Part shown: in pieces, positions 1 to 9,570 of the stretch | Position numbering within the stretch: the first letter of the stretch is position 1 | Layout of the letters: each line of letters begins with the position of its first letter | Assembly (NCBI GenBank): GCA_963772835.1 | Contig: CAVYYZ010000008.1 | Coordinates: forward strand, 323,652-387,651 | Direction of reading: 5' to 3' | From: an uncultured delta proteobacterium | GTDB taxonomy: Bacteria; Desulfobacterota; Desulfuromonadia; Geobacterales; Pseudopelobacteraceae | DNA: 64,000 nt | The notes under the pieces: generated by a model | What the model was told of the DNA's origin: nothing | The model's database searches: none | The model's input: the letters and a program-made list of their open reading frames with translations, nothing else | Position numbers and translations under genes: made by a program

Positions 1-1
1 G

Positions 2-106
2 TTCTGTAACACCCAGTTCATCAACTTCACCATGAAACTGTTCCAAAAGGTCAAGTGCGTGGGAAACTGCCTGTATGAGATATTCTGATTTTTCTTTTTT
101 TGCCAT
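2..106 (-). CDS. IclR-family transcriptional regulator, N-terminal part (runs off window start)
   Basis: Read by hand: ATG at 106 after an AAGGA-like RBS gives MAKKEKSEYLIQAVSHALDLLEQFHGEVDELGVTE, resembling the IclR HTH start. Confidence 0.75.
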   Translation of the reverse strand, partial: MAKKEKSEYLIQAVSHALDLLEQFHGEVDELGVTE

Positions 107-337
107 GAGATGTTTCCTTTTAATGAGTTGGAATAATAGAAAGTGTAATGCAAGTTATCAAAATATCGTCATTAATTAAAAAACGGGTCAAATGGTGAAC
201 TTTACCGGCCATTTTTTAAAATGTTAGAATAATGTTTTACAATTGTCAAGTACGAAAAATTGCTTTATATTTAAATCATTGACGTTACCATGATTTTTTA
301 AAGATTGGTCTGCATATAAAACACGTACGAGGAAGAT

Positions 338-793
338 ATGCTGAACCTGTGTAAAAAAATACTTGTGGCAATTGACGGCTCCCCCCAATCGGACAAAGCT
401 GCTGAAGAGGCTGTCCGGCTTGCCGCCGGCAATCAGAGCCAATTTAAAAGTCGAATTTATGCATTACTCGTACTGCCTAATGCCCCGGCTTCAACCTACA
501 CCGATTTTGTACCAACGGCCCCGGTGACAGAAACTAAAAAATGGGATGAACTTCGGGAAAAAATATTTTATGTCGTAGAAAAATATGCCGCCGAACAGGG
601 TATTCCGCTTGAGATGATTATCGAATATGGCGATCCGGCCGACAAAATAATCAGCCTTGCCAAGCGCGAAGAAATTGATGTGATTGTCATTGGCAGCTCA
701 GGCAAGGGGTTTATCCAGCGTAGAATCAAAGGGAGTATTTCCCATAAAGTGGCCAGTAATGCGGCATGTTCGGTTTTTATCGTGAGGGGTTGA
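338..793 (+). CDS. Universal stress protein (UspA family)
   Basis: KKILVAIDGSPQSDKAA N-terminus; GDPADKII and DVIVIGSSG..GSISHKVA motifs. Confidence 0.93.
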   Translation: MLNLCKKILVAIDGSPQSDKAAEEAVRLAAGNQSQFKSRIYALLVLPNAPASTYTDFVPTAPVTETKKWDELREKIFYVVEKYAAEQGIPLEMIIEYGDPADKIISLAKREEIDVIVIGSSGKGFIQRRIKGSISHKVASNAACSVFIVRG

Positions 794-816
794 CCCGGAA
801 GAGGTTCTTGATTTTT

Positions 817-1605
817 ATGTACAGTCTCATCACACGTCTGTTTTTCGTCACGATCGCTCTATTGATGCCGCTATCAGCCGCCGCCGAATCTTTCCGCGTA
901 CCCATCCTGCTGTATCACCGGTTCGGGGCAACGGTGACGGATGGTATGACGATAACAACCCCGGTTTTTGAAGCTCAGATGAAATATCTGCATGACAATG
1001 GCTATAAAGTAATTCCGCTGAGGCAGCTCGTTGATTTTTACCGGGGGAAAACGCCGGCACCGGGTCCCAAGTCAGTGGTAATCGTTGAAGATGATGCCCA
1101 CAAGTCGGTGTATAGCGACATGCTGCCGATAATAAAAAAATATCGATATCCAGTGACTGTTTTTGCCTACCCGTCAGCGATCTCCAACGCTAAATACGCT
1201 ATGACCTGGCCCCAGATGCGGGAACTTACCAAAACAGGACTCTATGATGTGCAGTCGCATACATATTGGCATCCAAACTTTAAACGGGAGCGTAAAAAAC
1301 TGACCGGGCCTGCGCTGGAATCTCTCGTCATGATGCAGTTGAATAAATCGAAAGCCCGACTGGAAACCGAGTTAGGGTCAAAAGTCGACATGCTTGCATG
1401 GCCTTTTGGCATATACGATGACTACCTGATTGCCAAGGCTTCCCAAGCCGGATATGTTGCTACCTTCAGTATTGAACGCCGCCATGCGACTGCATCCGAT
1501 TCCATTATGAAGCTGCCACGCTATCTGTTGGTTAATGCTGACAGTGGCAAGGCTTTTGTACAGCTCCTTGAGGGTAATGCTGTCAAACGAAATGTTGCGT
1601 ATTAA
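817..1605 (+). CDS. Polysaccharide deacetylase family protein (CE4), secreted
   Basis: Signal peptide; PILLYHRF, EDD, QSHTYWHP and AWPFG motifs; ATG 817 preferred to ORF start 766. Confidence 0.88.
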   Translation: MYSLITRLFFVTIALLMPLSAAAESFRVPILLYHRFGATVTDGMTITTPVFEAQMKYLHDNGYKVIPLRQLVDFYRGKTPAPGPKSVVIVEDDAHKSVYSDMLPIIKKYRYPVTVFAYPSAISNAKYAMTWPQMRELTKTGLYDVQSHTYWHPNFKRERKKLTGPALESLVMMQLNKSKARLETELGSKVDMLAWPFGIYDDYLIAKASQAGYVATFSIERRHATASDSIMKLPRYLLVNADSGKAFVQLLEGNAVKRNVAY

Positions 1606-1790
1606 TGACTGCCGAGACTCACCAAAAGCACCCCTGTCCAGACTGTACCTGCTGCCAGAATTGTTCGGATGACCGCTGCCGCCTCTGCTTGGCCCCAAAG
1701 GGCGGTTGTCGTCGAAAACGTACTATGGCAGAGCAGATTGTCTTGTACGATTCCCTGAATGCCGCCGATTCCAGCACGTTAAAGCAGTAA
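1605..1790 (+). CDS. Small cysteine-rich hypothetical protein
   Basis: CPDCTCCQNCSDDRCRLC cluster; start overlaps upstream stop (TAATG). Confidence 0.6.
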   Translation: MTAETHQKHPCPDCTCCQNCSDDRCRLCLAPKGGCRRKRTMAEQIVLYDSLNAADSSTLKQ

Positions 1791-1941
1791 TTATAAATAA
1801 CTATCCCATTGTCTGCTCTGTATGGATCTGGCGTAAATTGAGAAATAGTGTTATATTATCGAACGTTAGAATATTTCTCTTGGAATAATAAGCCGTAATA
1901 TGATACGACTGTAAAGAGATTAAAAATTCAGGAGGTAGCAG

Positions 1942-2376
1942 GTGAAAAAAACAGCATTAGTAGTTCTCAGTATTGCCGCTCTCACCCTTGCAGGATGCAA
2001 AGACAAACCAAAGACTGAAGCTCCAGTCGCTGCTCCGCAGCAGGGTCAGATGCCAGCCGCAGTGCCGGGCGGAGCCCCTGGGACCACTGCTCCAGGCGGA
2101 GATCCGCATGCCGGTATGAAGGCTCAGGAGATTCCCGCAGGAGCCGGTAAAAAAGCGACGGTTACCCAGACCATGAACTCAGGTGGCTACACGTATGTGG
2201 AAGCAGCTGACGAAAAAGGTGTGAAAGTCTGGTTGGCGCTGCCAGAAGTCAAAGTTGCCAAGGGCGACAAGATTGAGTACCCGGAAACTCCCCCTCTGGC
2301 TAACTTCCAGAGCAAAACTCTGAACAAGACGTTTGAAAAAATTTCTTTCATCCCCGGTATCAGGATCGTAAAGTAA
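1942..2376 (+). CDS. Lipoprotein with Pro/Ala-rich linker and a C-terminal beta (OB-like) domain
   Basis: GGAGG RBS, GTG start, lipobox LAGC, GGYTYVE..WLA motif. Confidence 0.8.
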   Translation: MKKTALVVLSIAALTLAGCKDKPKTEAPVAAPQQGQMPAAVPGGAPGTTAPGGDPHAGMKAQEIPAGAGKKATVTQTMNSGGYTYVEAADEKGVKVWLALPEVKVAKGDKIEYPETPPLANFQSKTLNKTFEKISFIPGIRIVK

Positions 2377-2397
2377 GATTCAGGGTTCGAAACACTG

Positions 2398-2427
2398 ACG
2401 GGGTCATGAAAATGACCCCGTTTTTTT
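2398..2427 (+). terminator. Rho-independent terminator
   Basis: ACGGGGTCAT-GAAA-ATGACCCCGT followed by a T-run. Confidence 0.85.
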
Positions 2428-3967
2428 ATGGTGCAGACAAAGCTGCTATTGACGGTTTGTGCTCCGGAACGATTCTGAGCACCTCCGCATAGAACCCCTT
2501 CCCTTTTTTTATCCTGCCCATTTCGGTATAAAGATCTCCCAGAAGAAACCACCCCCATGGATTTTTCGGCTGCACGGCCATAATTTCCAGAAATTCTATT
2601 TCGGCCTTATTGTAATCCTTCCGCTGACGGTACCACTCTCCTGCAATTATATTTGTGGTGTAGCAGAATCCGAGACGTTTTTTCTGGCGATTAAAGCGTT
2701 CCGGATCGTCCTGAATGTTTTTCGTCAACTCCTTCAAAAGGAGTGCAGATGTACAGCCAGGTGTGGGTACAGCATATAGAGCCGCTTGAAGAGATTCTGT
2801 AAAAATTCCGGTAGTGGTGGCTCCGGATGCCACTGCGTCGTTATAAAGCTTTGTGCCAGGATAATAGGCAAGCGGTGAGACATAGCCGTCATCGGGATGA
2901 ATGTGGCGGATAAGTTCAAGAGTCTGCTTGATGTCATCGCTGGTCTCTCCGGGGACATCGCTGATCAGATAAATTGAAAGATTTATGCCGATTTCTCGAA
3001 TCAACGAACAAGCCTGCTTAATCTGGGCCGGGACGATATTTTTGCCAAGTTGTTGAAGAATATGCGGGGATCCCGATTCAACACCGAGCTGAATGCATTC
3101 GCAACCTGCCCGTTTCATGGCGATTGCCAGATCTTCGTCAATAGCTGAGACGCGCGATTGGCAGTTCCAGAGGATGGTGACATCCAGCTTCTGCAGTAAT
3201 GAGCAAAATTCTAAAACTCTCTTCCGGTCAGCCGTAAAGGTGTCATCACGAATCGAAAAGTAGATCAATCCATAGTTTTTACGAATAAACTGAATCTCTT
3301 CAACAATCGCTGCCGGTGAGCGGAACCGAACTTTTCTTCCCCAAAAATCAGGCGAGCTGCAGAAGTAGCAGGTGGATGGACATCCTCGAGTTGTTACGAT
3401 AAACTCGGATTGCATTTCCAGATCTACGCCAACCGAATATGTAAGGTACCGTGCTGGAAGCGGCAGGCTATCAAGATTTTCGAGGTTTTTTCGAGGTGGG
3501 GTGACCACGATAGTGTCGTTACAACGAAATGCCAGTCCGGATATGCGATGCCATTCCGATTTTGGTGTAACCCGTGCAACCAATTCCAGCAGAGTTGATT
3601 CAGCCTCGCCACGAATGACGACATCCACCGGCGAACCTTTGCACAATATATCTTCATAACAGAAGGTTGCGTGCGCCCCTCCCATCACAATTGTGCATTC
3701 CGGGAGGAGGTCTCGGCAGATCCGGGCCAGTTTCAGTGACATGTGTCGATTGTGGGTCCATTGGGAAATGCCTATCAAATCCGGTTTGGAGTTCAGTAAT
3801 TCCTGCTTGATTCTTGATGGTTGCCAGGCAGAAAAGTTTACCAGAATCGAGTCATATCCGGCCTCCTGTAAACAGGCGTGCAGATAGCACAAACCGGTCG
3901 GTACAAGACTTATATAAGGGTCGTTGCGGTGAGATAATCCGGAATGGTAGGCGAGCAGGATTTTCAT
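2426..3967 (-). CDS. B12-binding domain radical SAM protein with C-terminal TPR
   Basis: PTGLCYL and MGGAHAT B12-binding region; RGCPSTCYFC (CxxxCxxC); TPR-like C-terminus. Confidence 0.9.
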   Translation of the reverse strand: MKILLAYHSGLSHRNDPYISLVPTGLCYLHACLQEAGYDSILVNFSAWQPSRIKQELLNSKPDLIGISQWTHNRHMSLKLARICRDLLPECTIVMGGAHATFCYEDILCKGSPVDVVIRGEAESTLLELVARVTPKSEWHRISGLAFRCNDTIVVTPPRKNLENLDSLPLPARYLTYSVGVDLEMQSEFIVTTRGCPSTCYFCSSPDFWGRKVRFRSPAAIVEEIQFIRKNYGLIYFSIRDDTFTADRKRVLEFCSLLQKLDVTILWNCQSRVSAIDEDLAIAMKRAGCECIQLGVESGSPHILQQLGKNIVPAQIKQACSLIREIGINLSIYLISDVPGETSDDIKQTLELIRHIHPDDGYVSPLAYYPGTKLYNDAVASGATTTGIFTESLQAALYAVPTPGCTSALLLKELTKNIQDDPERFNRQKKRLGFCYTTNIIAGEWYRQRKDYNKAEIEFLEIMAVQPKNPWGWFLLGDLYTEMGRIKKGKGFYAEVLRIVPEHKPSIAALSAP

Positions 3968-3971
3968 GAAG

Positions 3972-4000
3972 AAAAAAAATCCGGGTCAAACGACCCGGAT
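3972..4000 (-). terminator. Rho-independent terminator of the LysM-NlpC/P60 gene
   Basis: ATCCGGGTC-AAAC-GACCCGGAT with an A-run on + (U-run on -). Confidence 0.8.
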
Positions 4001-4030
4001 GCGGTAGGGATTCGGTACGTGTGACAGGTG

Positions 4031-5059
4031 CTATTTTGCAAGGTTAAATGACACTCCAAGAGTATCATTTGTCATAATATCATTGTCATTTTCCTCTTCA
4101 ATGCCTAGAAGTAATTCACTGAAATTGATGGCGTCTGAGGATGTATTTGTCATACGTCGCGCTCCAAGATACCGGGACAGGTAGTATGGTGTGTCCATGG
4201 ATGAAATGACAACACGATGTTCATGTGAAGAGGCGTGGATCATCTTGCGGTTGCCAAGATAAATTCCCACATGTGACGGGAATCGGGCATAGGTCTGGAA
4301 GAAGACGAGATCACCTTTTTTCAGGTCACCGCGCACGACCTCATCACCAACTTGAAATTGCTCCCGGGCAGTTCGGGGTAGTTTTACGCTCTGTTCACGA
4401 AAAACCTGTTGTGTGAAGCTGGAACAGTCAAGAGAGTTGCGACTGCTGCCCCCAAAACGGTAGCGTGCGCCGAGAAAACTGTAGGCACTCTTTTTAAGTT
4501 TGCTGATAGCCTGATTAGCTTCCAGCGTTTTAGCCAGGTCAACCGGTCGATCCGACTCAAGGTCGGTCAACTCAGCCAGAGTGTCAGTCAATTCCTGCTC
4601 ATTTAAAAGATCTTTGTTAATAAGCTGCAGTCTGTTTGTGCTGACGGAACGAGTGGTTGTCTCAGCAGCCACAAGAGCCAGTACCTGGCCGGACTTGATC
4701 CTGTTACCTTTCAGACCGTTCAGTTTTTTGAGATCCGATACCTTTATACCGGTTTTTTTGGCAATTTTAGGGAGCGTATCACCTTTGGAAACTTTATAGG
4801 TATCAGGGCGCGTTGAAGATGTGTTTTTCTTTTGGGGAGATTCAGCGTGTGATGGGACTATCAGCCGTGTACCTTTGGCAACTCGGGAAGCAGTCAGATT
4901 GTTGACTTTTTTAAGTTCACCCATAGAAACATGGTATCTATTGGCAATCGATTGCAGAGATTCATTTTTACGCACTATATGAGATTTTGATGCAAGAACG
5001 AGCTGAGGAGATATCAGGAGTATGAGGCAGATCGCAACAGCGATACGAATATGGGCCAT
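4031..5059 (-). CDS. LysM-repeat NlpC/P60 peptidoglycan endopeptidase
   Basis: Signal peptide, two LysM repeats, LDCSSF catalytic Cys, SHVGIY, IHASS. Confidence 0.93.
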   Translation of the reverse strand: MAHIRIAVAICLILLISPQLVLASKSHIVRKNESLQSIANRYHVSMGELKKVNNLTASRVAKGTRLIVPSHAESPQKKNTSSTRPDTYKVSKGDTLPKIAKKTGIKVSDLKKLNGLKGNRIKSGQVLALVAAETTTRSVSTNRLQLINKDLLNEQELTDTLAELTDLESDRPVDLAKTLEANQAISKLKKSAYSFLGARYRFGGSSRNSLDCSSFTQQVFREQSVKLPRTAREQFQVGDEVVRGDLKKGDLVFFQTYARFPSHVGIYLGNRKMIHASSHEHRVVISSMDTPYYLSRYLGARRMTNTSSDAINFSELLLGIEEENDNDIMTNDTLGVSFNLAK

Positions 5060-5181
5060 GTTCCCTCCGGTTTGTTTTAATTTTGATAAAGAAGGCTTGG
5101 TTTATATAACACCCAATTCGAAAAGTCAATCCCTGTTACATATAATCTGGCGGCAGTATCTAAAAAACGTGGGCTGATAGC

Positions 5182-6600
5182 CTACTGATGATGTCTACTT
5201 CGAGCAGCAAGTTTTATTGTTACGGGAGCGTCCCGAAGTACAGATACCTGTCTTTCCGGCAATCGTAGATTCCTAAGGAATTCTTTTCCCTTTTTTAACT
5301 GGCTCGCGTCGATGTCTTCAGTCGCAACAGATACTACCTGTGAAACCTGACTGGCGGGGCCCTCTACATCGACCGTGGCAGGCTCGCAGAATACGTTCGA
5401 AGATGAAAGCCCTGGCGGAAATTTTCCTTTAAGAGATACTATTACCGGTACGTTTTTGCGCAGTTTTTTTTCTGCCGATACCCGGACGCTGGAAGGCACT
5501 ACCGACGTAATGACCATACCGGGTGGAGCCGCAATGTCTGCATGACTTATTCTCAGAGTGGTGGTCCCTTCCAAAATTCCCGATGCATCAACTTCTGCAG
5601 TCAGATCAAGCTTTGAAGGTGGTGGAGCCAGGCTTGACAAAGCTTTTATCTGAACGGTTACGTCTTCAGGGAGTGTTCGAAGCAGTATTATGCCTTCAGG
5701 AACACCATGCAGTCTCACGGGGGCCGTGACTGTAGCGATCAGTCCCTGACGGGTTGTTATCAGCACCCAGAAAAAGCACACACCAAGCAGAAGAAAAAGC
5801 TTCGGAAACAGATTTGAAAAAACGCGCTGTTTCAGTGTGATGCGGGGCTTTTCATTTTCACTTCTCAGTAGTTCATCCAACGCCAAAATCAGTTCTGAGG
5901 GGGTGGTCATGCGTCGAAATGTTCCGGCGGTTACCAGAGAAATTTCACCGCGCTCCTCAGAGATGGCTACAATAACGGCATCGCTCCGCTCCGACAATCC
6001 GAGCGCTGCCCGGTGACGGGTGCCCAGTTGCTGTGGGACATCCGGACTGACCGAGAGTGGTAGATGGCAGGCCGCTTTTTCAATCCTGCCGTTATTGATA
6101 AGTGCCGCGCCATCATGAAATGGCGCGCCATCATAGAAGATTGACTCAAGCATCTGGGGGGAAATTTCACTGTTGATTACTATCCCGTTTGTCATCAGGT
6201 CTTGCAAAGATTCTTTGCCCTGAAAAACAATCAGTGCCCCGGTCTTATTGGCTGCCATCCGGAAAAGGGTCTCGGCAATATCCTGAAATTGACCGTGCTG
6301 CGTTTTCTCGCGGTTATCAAGAATATGACGCAGCAGACTGAATCGATACAACGCCTGCCGGATCTCGGTCTGAAATACGACGATGATGAGTATGATCAGC
6401 ACGGTGCCAAGTTCCTGAAGCACCCAGCTTGTCATATACAGATCAAGGAATCGGGTCGCAAAATAGATAAGGGTTACCACTCCAAGTCCGAGCAGCACCT
6501 GAATAGCCCGTGTCCCGCGAAACCAGGAATAAAGCTGGTAGAGCAGAAAGGTCATAATAAATATGTCTGCAATATCCTGAATGCGGATGTTTGGTATCAC
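5182..6600 (-). CDS. cdaA: Diadenylate cyclase CdaA (DisA_N) fused to YbbR/CdaR domains
   Basis: Three N-terminal TMs, HDGA and GTRHRAA DAC motifs, further TM then YbbR-like repeats; GTG 6600 follows AGGAG. Confidence 0.85.
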   Translation of the reverse strand: MIPNIRIQDIADIFIMTFLLYQLYSWFRGTRAIQVLLGLGVVTLIYFATRFLDLYMTSWVLQELGTVLIILIIVVFQTEIRQALYRFSLLRHILDNREKTQHGQFQDIAETLFRMAANKTGALIVFQGKESLQDLMTNGIVINSEISPQMLESIFYDGAPFHDGAALINNGRIEKAACHLPLSVSPDVPQQLGTRHRAALGLSERSDAVIVAISEERGEISLVTAGTFRRMTTPSELILALDELLRSENEKPRITLKQRVFSNLFPKLFLLLGVCFFWVLITTRQGLIATVTAPVRLHGVPEGIILLRTLPEDVTVQIKALSSLAPPPSKLDLTAEVDASGILEGTTTLRISHADIAAPPGMVITSVVPSSVRVSAEKKLRKNVPVIVSLKGKFPPGLSSSNVFCEPATVDVEGPASQVSQVVSVATEDIDASQLKKGKEFLRNLRLPERQVSVLRDAPVTIKLAARSRHHQ

Positions 6601-6717
6601 TATGTGGTGGCTCCTGAATATGGCGGGTCGTTTTTGCTGGTTAATGGCATGCAATTTATGCTACACAAACAGACAGTTTTTATAACATTTAAATCCGTAA
6701 AAAGGTAGTGGAAACGA

Positions 6718-7428
6718 ATGTTCAGGCTTTCTGATAAAGGGGAAAAAATCCAGCAGATGTTCGGTGCAATTGCCCCCCGGTATGATTTTCTTAATCGACT
6801 GCTTAGTTTTGGTATCGACCGGCGCTGGAGAACAAAAGCCGTACGATTGCTTAAATACCGTGAGGGTTCACGTATTCTTGATGTGGCTACCGGTACCGGT
6901 GATGTAGCCCTGGAAATTGCTCTCCGGACACCTGATTCGGTCAAGATTACCGGAGCTGATTTTTGCAAGGAAATGGTTGATCTTGGGGCCGTGAAGGTGG
7001 CAGCATCACCTTATGCCTCCAGGATTGACCTCAAGGTTGCTCCATGTGAGGATCTGCCATTCGCGAATAATACCTTTGACTCGATTACAATTGCATTTGG
7101 CATTAGAAATGTCGTTGACAGAAAGCTGGGACTCGCTGAGATGTGGAGGGTTCTGCGGCCCGGTGGCCGGATGATTATACTCGAGTTTTCCACGCCGCGT
7201 TCGCTGCTGTTCAGGCAATTGTATTATTTTTATTTCCGTCGTCTGCTGCCTGTTGTCGGGGGGGTGTTTTCACGGTACAACGCCTACAAGTACCTGCCTG
7301 ACTCTGTCCTTGAATTTCCTTCACAGGAGGAATTTTCGCGCATGATTGCCGAAGCCGGATTTCGCAACATCCACCTGCATGATCTGACCTTTGGCATCGC
7401 CACAATCTACGTTGGAGAGAAAGAGTAG
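6718..7428 (+). CDS. ubiE: Demethylmenaquinone/ubiquinone methyltransferase
   Basis: MFGAIAPRYDFLNRLLSFG, LDVATGTGD, AYKYLPDSV motifs. Confidence 0.95.
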   Translation: MFRLSDKGEKIQQMFGAIAPRYDFLNRLLSFGIDRRWRTKAVRLLKYREGSRILDVATGTGDVALEIALRTPDSVKITGADFCKEMVDLGAVKVAASPYASRIDLKVAPCEDLPFANNTFDSITIAFGIRNVVDRKLGLAEMWRVLRPGGRMIILEFSTPRSLLFRQLYYFYFRRLLPVVGGVFSRYNAYKYLPDSVLEFPSQEEFSRMIAEAGFRNIHLHDLTFGIATIYVGEKE

Positions 7429-7507
7429 TAATTGTGTTGTGGTTATTGTTGGTCCGGGACCAAAATAACGGTTCTTCTGCCGTCTTTCTGGCCTCGCATA
7501 ACCGGCA

Positions 7508-7990
7508 TTATTTTCCGCAGCACTTTTTGTGTTTAAGACCGCTTCCGCACATGCACGGATCGTTGCGACCTACCTTAATTACAGCCAGCGGTTTCTGACG
7601 GACCATGCGGCCTTCAGTAAAATACCAACGATCATCTTTTCGCTTGAATTGCCCCGCTTCATGATGTTCGCGTGTTTCGCCCTTTTCTATGAAGCGTGCG
7701 ATGAATTCTACTTCACCGACTGAATCATCTGCCTTCCCCCCTCTTGTTCCGATGATTTCAAGACTCTGCCATTCGGCAGTCTCTGCCCACTCTTTGGTGC
7801 CGGAGTGATCGTAATCCAGGCGGCTGTCAGGATGGGTGCTTTCAAAAATAAAATCCATCTTGGCCAAAACGTATGCCGAATAACGGGCGCGCATAAGTTG
7901 TTCCGCCGTACGTGCCGTCCGGTCGCCGGATATGATCTCTTCGCAGCATTCGGATAAGGGGATGCCGCTTCCGCATGGACATATAGTCAT
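7508..7990 (-). CDS. YchJ family SEC-C motif protein
   Basis: [38 protein letters not shown]. Confidence 0.92.
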   Translation of the reverse strand: MTICPCGSGIPLSECCEEIISGDRTARTAEQLMRARYSAYVLAKMDFIFESTHPDSRLDYDHSGTKEWAETAEWQSLEIIGTRGGKADDSVGEVEFIARFIEKGETREHHEAGQFKRKDDRWYFTEGRMVRQKPLAVIKVGRNDPCMCGSGLKHKKCCGK

Positions 7991-8185
7991 AGTTGTTGCT
8001 CCTTAATTGATTGGCTCTGCGCACCGCATTTAAACAGGGTACAGCATGGCAGGTAATTTGGTTACATATTTCAATCACATTTGTCAAATACATATTCACT
8101 ACGTATTCAAAATAAGTCTTGAATGACGTCTATGATTCCTGTATTTATAGCTGTTCACAAAAACTTAGCCAGAGCGAGGGTGAGT

Positions 8186-8413
8186 ATGAAAATACCGAGC
8201 ATCGAATTGCTGCTGCAGGCCCCATTGACAGCGCATGAAACGCGGTGGGCAAGCGAAATTGCAGACAAACTGCCTGATGACGTTGATTTGACGTTTGAGG
8301 AGTCAAAAATATTGACCAGACTTTCAATCAGGGAGTGGCCGGCCGCTCTCCTGCACAAAGTAAAAGACGTCATTGATGTCGAGGATTTTCTGATTGATGA
8401 TCCTGAAGAATAG
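8186..8413 (+). CDS. Hypothetical protein
   Basis: Plausible ORF after GAGG; no recognised motif. Confidence 0.55.
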   Translation: MKIPSIELLLQAPLTAHETRWASEIADKLPDDVDLTFEESKILTRLSIREWPAALLHKVKDVIDVEDFLIDDPEE

Positions 8414-8468
8414 TCTGCAGTGCCATATGTCGGACCACGGAACGACACAAACAAAGGAGTGCCGCAGT

Positions 8469-9554
8469 TTGAAATTTTCACAGAGAATATATGCCGCATC
8501 ATTACTGATAACCTTCGTGCTCACATTTTCCGCGTGTACTGACGGAAGAGACGGCTCTTCGGGGGTAAAGAACCGTAATGAAGCTGAGCTTCGGGCAGCT
8601 GAAGCTGTCTTTGCAGCAACGACTACTGCTACCAGAAAGGCTGCAGCTTTTGCAGCCCAGACCAGTGCCGCCCGCAAATCAGCCCCAATAATAAAGTACA
8701 ATGCCGGAGAGAGTCCGGATTTTGCCAAACAATGCGGCTGGCCGGTCAATTGTTCTCCCGCGCTACCAGGAGCGATCCTGCCTTCTAAGCGTATTGTCGC
8801 TTACTATGGTAATCCGCTTTCGAAGAAGATGGGTGCACTTGGTGAATTTCCCAAGGATGAGATGCTGCAGCGCCTGAAGGGCGAGGTAGCCAAGTGGCAG
8901 GCGGCTGATCCGGCCACACCGGTACAGCCCGCATTGCATCTGATTGCAGTCGTGGCACAGGGCGCGCCCGGCAACGATGGTAAGTACCGGATGATCATGC
9001 CGGACAAAATTGTCAATCAGGTGTATGGCTGGGCCAAAGAAGCCGGTGCGATCATGTTTATCGATATCCAGACAGGTCATGACGATATCCGGGCGGTACT
9101 GCCGCGCTTCGAGTGGATTCTGAAAAACCCTGACGTACACCTGGGGATAGATCCCGAGTTCAATCTGATAAAGAGCGGGAAAAAGCCGGGTACAAAGATC
9201 GGTTCTTACGATGCCGCCGATATCAACTACGTTTCCGGATATCTGCAAGATCTGATCAAGAAGTATAATCTGCCCCCCAAAGTGTTTACGGTCCACAGAT
9301 TTACCCGTAACGGCGTCACTAACTCAAAACAGATAGTGCTGCGTCCCGAAGTGCAAATTGTCATGCATATGGATGGCTGGGGAGCCCCCTGGCTGAAACG
9401 CGATTCTTACAAGGAATACGTCGTTGCCGAGCCGGTGCAGTATACGGGGTTCAAGTTTTTTTATCACAACGACACAAAAAAAGGCGATCCGCTACTGACA
9501 CCGCAGGAAGTGCTCAAGCTGAATCCGAAGCCGCTTTATATCCAGTATCAGTAG
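8469..9554 (+). CDS. Putative lipoprotein of unknown function
   Basis: AAGGAG plus TTG start, lipobox-like TFSAC, Ala-rich linker, globular domain (RIVAYYGNP, HLGIDPEF, MDGWG). Confidence 0.75.
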   Translation: MKFSQRIYAASLLITFVLTFSACTDGRDGSSGVKNRNEAELRAAEAVFAATTTATRKAAAFAAQTSAARKSAPIIKYNAGESPDFAKQCGWPVNCSPALPGAILPSKRIVAYYGNPLSKKMGALGEFPKDEMLQRLKGEVAKWQAADPATPVQPALHLIAVVAQGAPGNDGKYRMIMPDKIVNQVYGWAKEAGAIMFIDIQTGHDDIRAVLPRFEWILKNPDVHLGIDPEFNLIKSGKKPGTKIGSYDAADINYVSGYLQDLIKKYNLPPKVFTVHRFTRNGVTNSKQIVLRPEVQIVMHMDGWGAPWLKRDSYKEYVVAEPVQYTGFKFFYHNDTKKGDPLLTPQEVLKLNPKPLYIQYQ

Positions 9555-9570
9555 TGGGACGTCACGCGGT

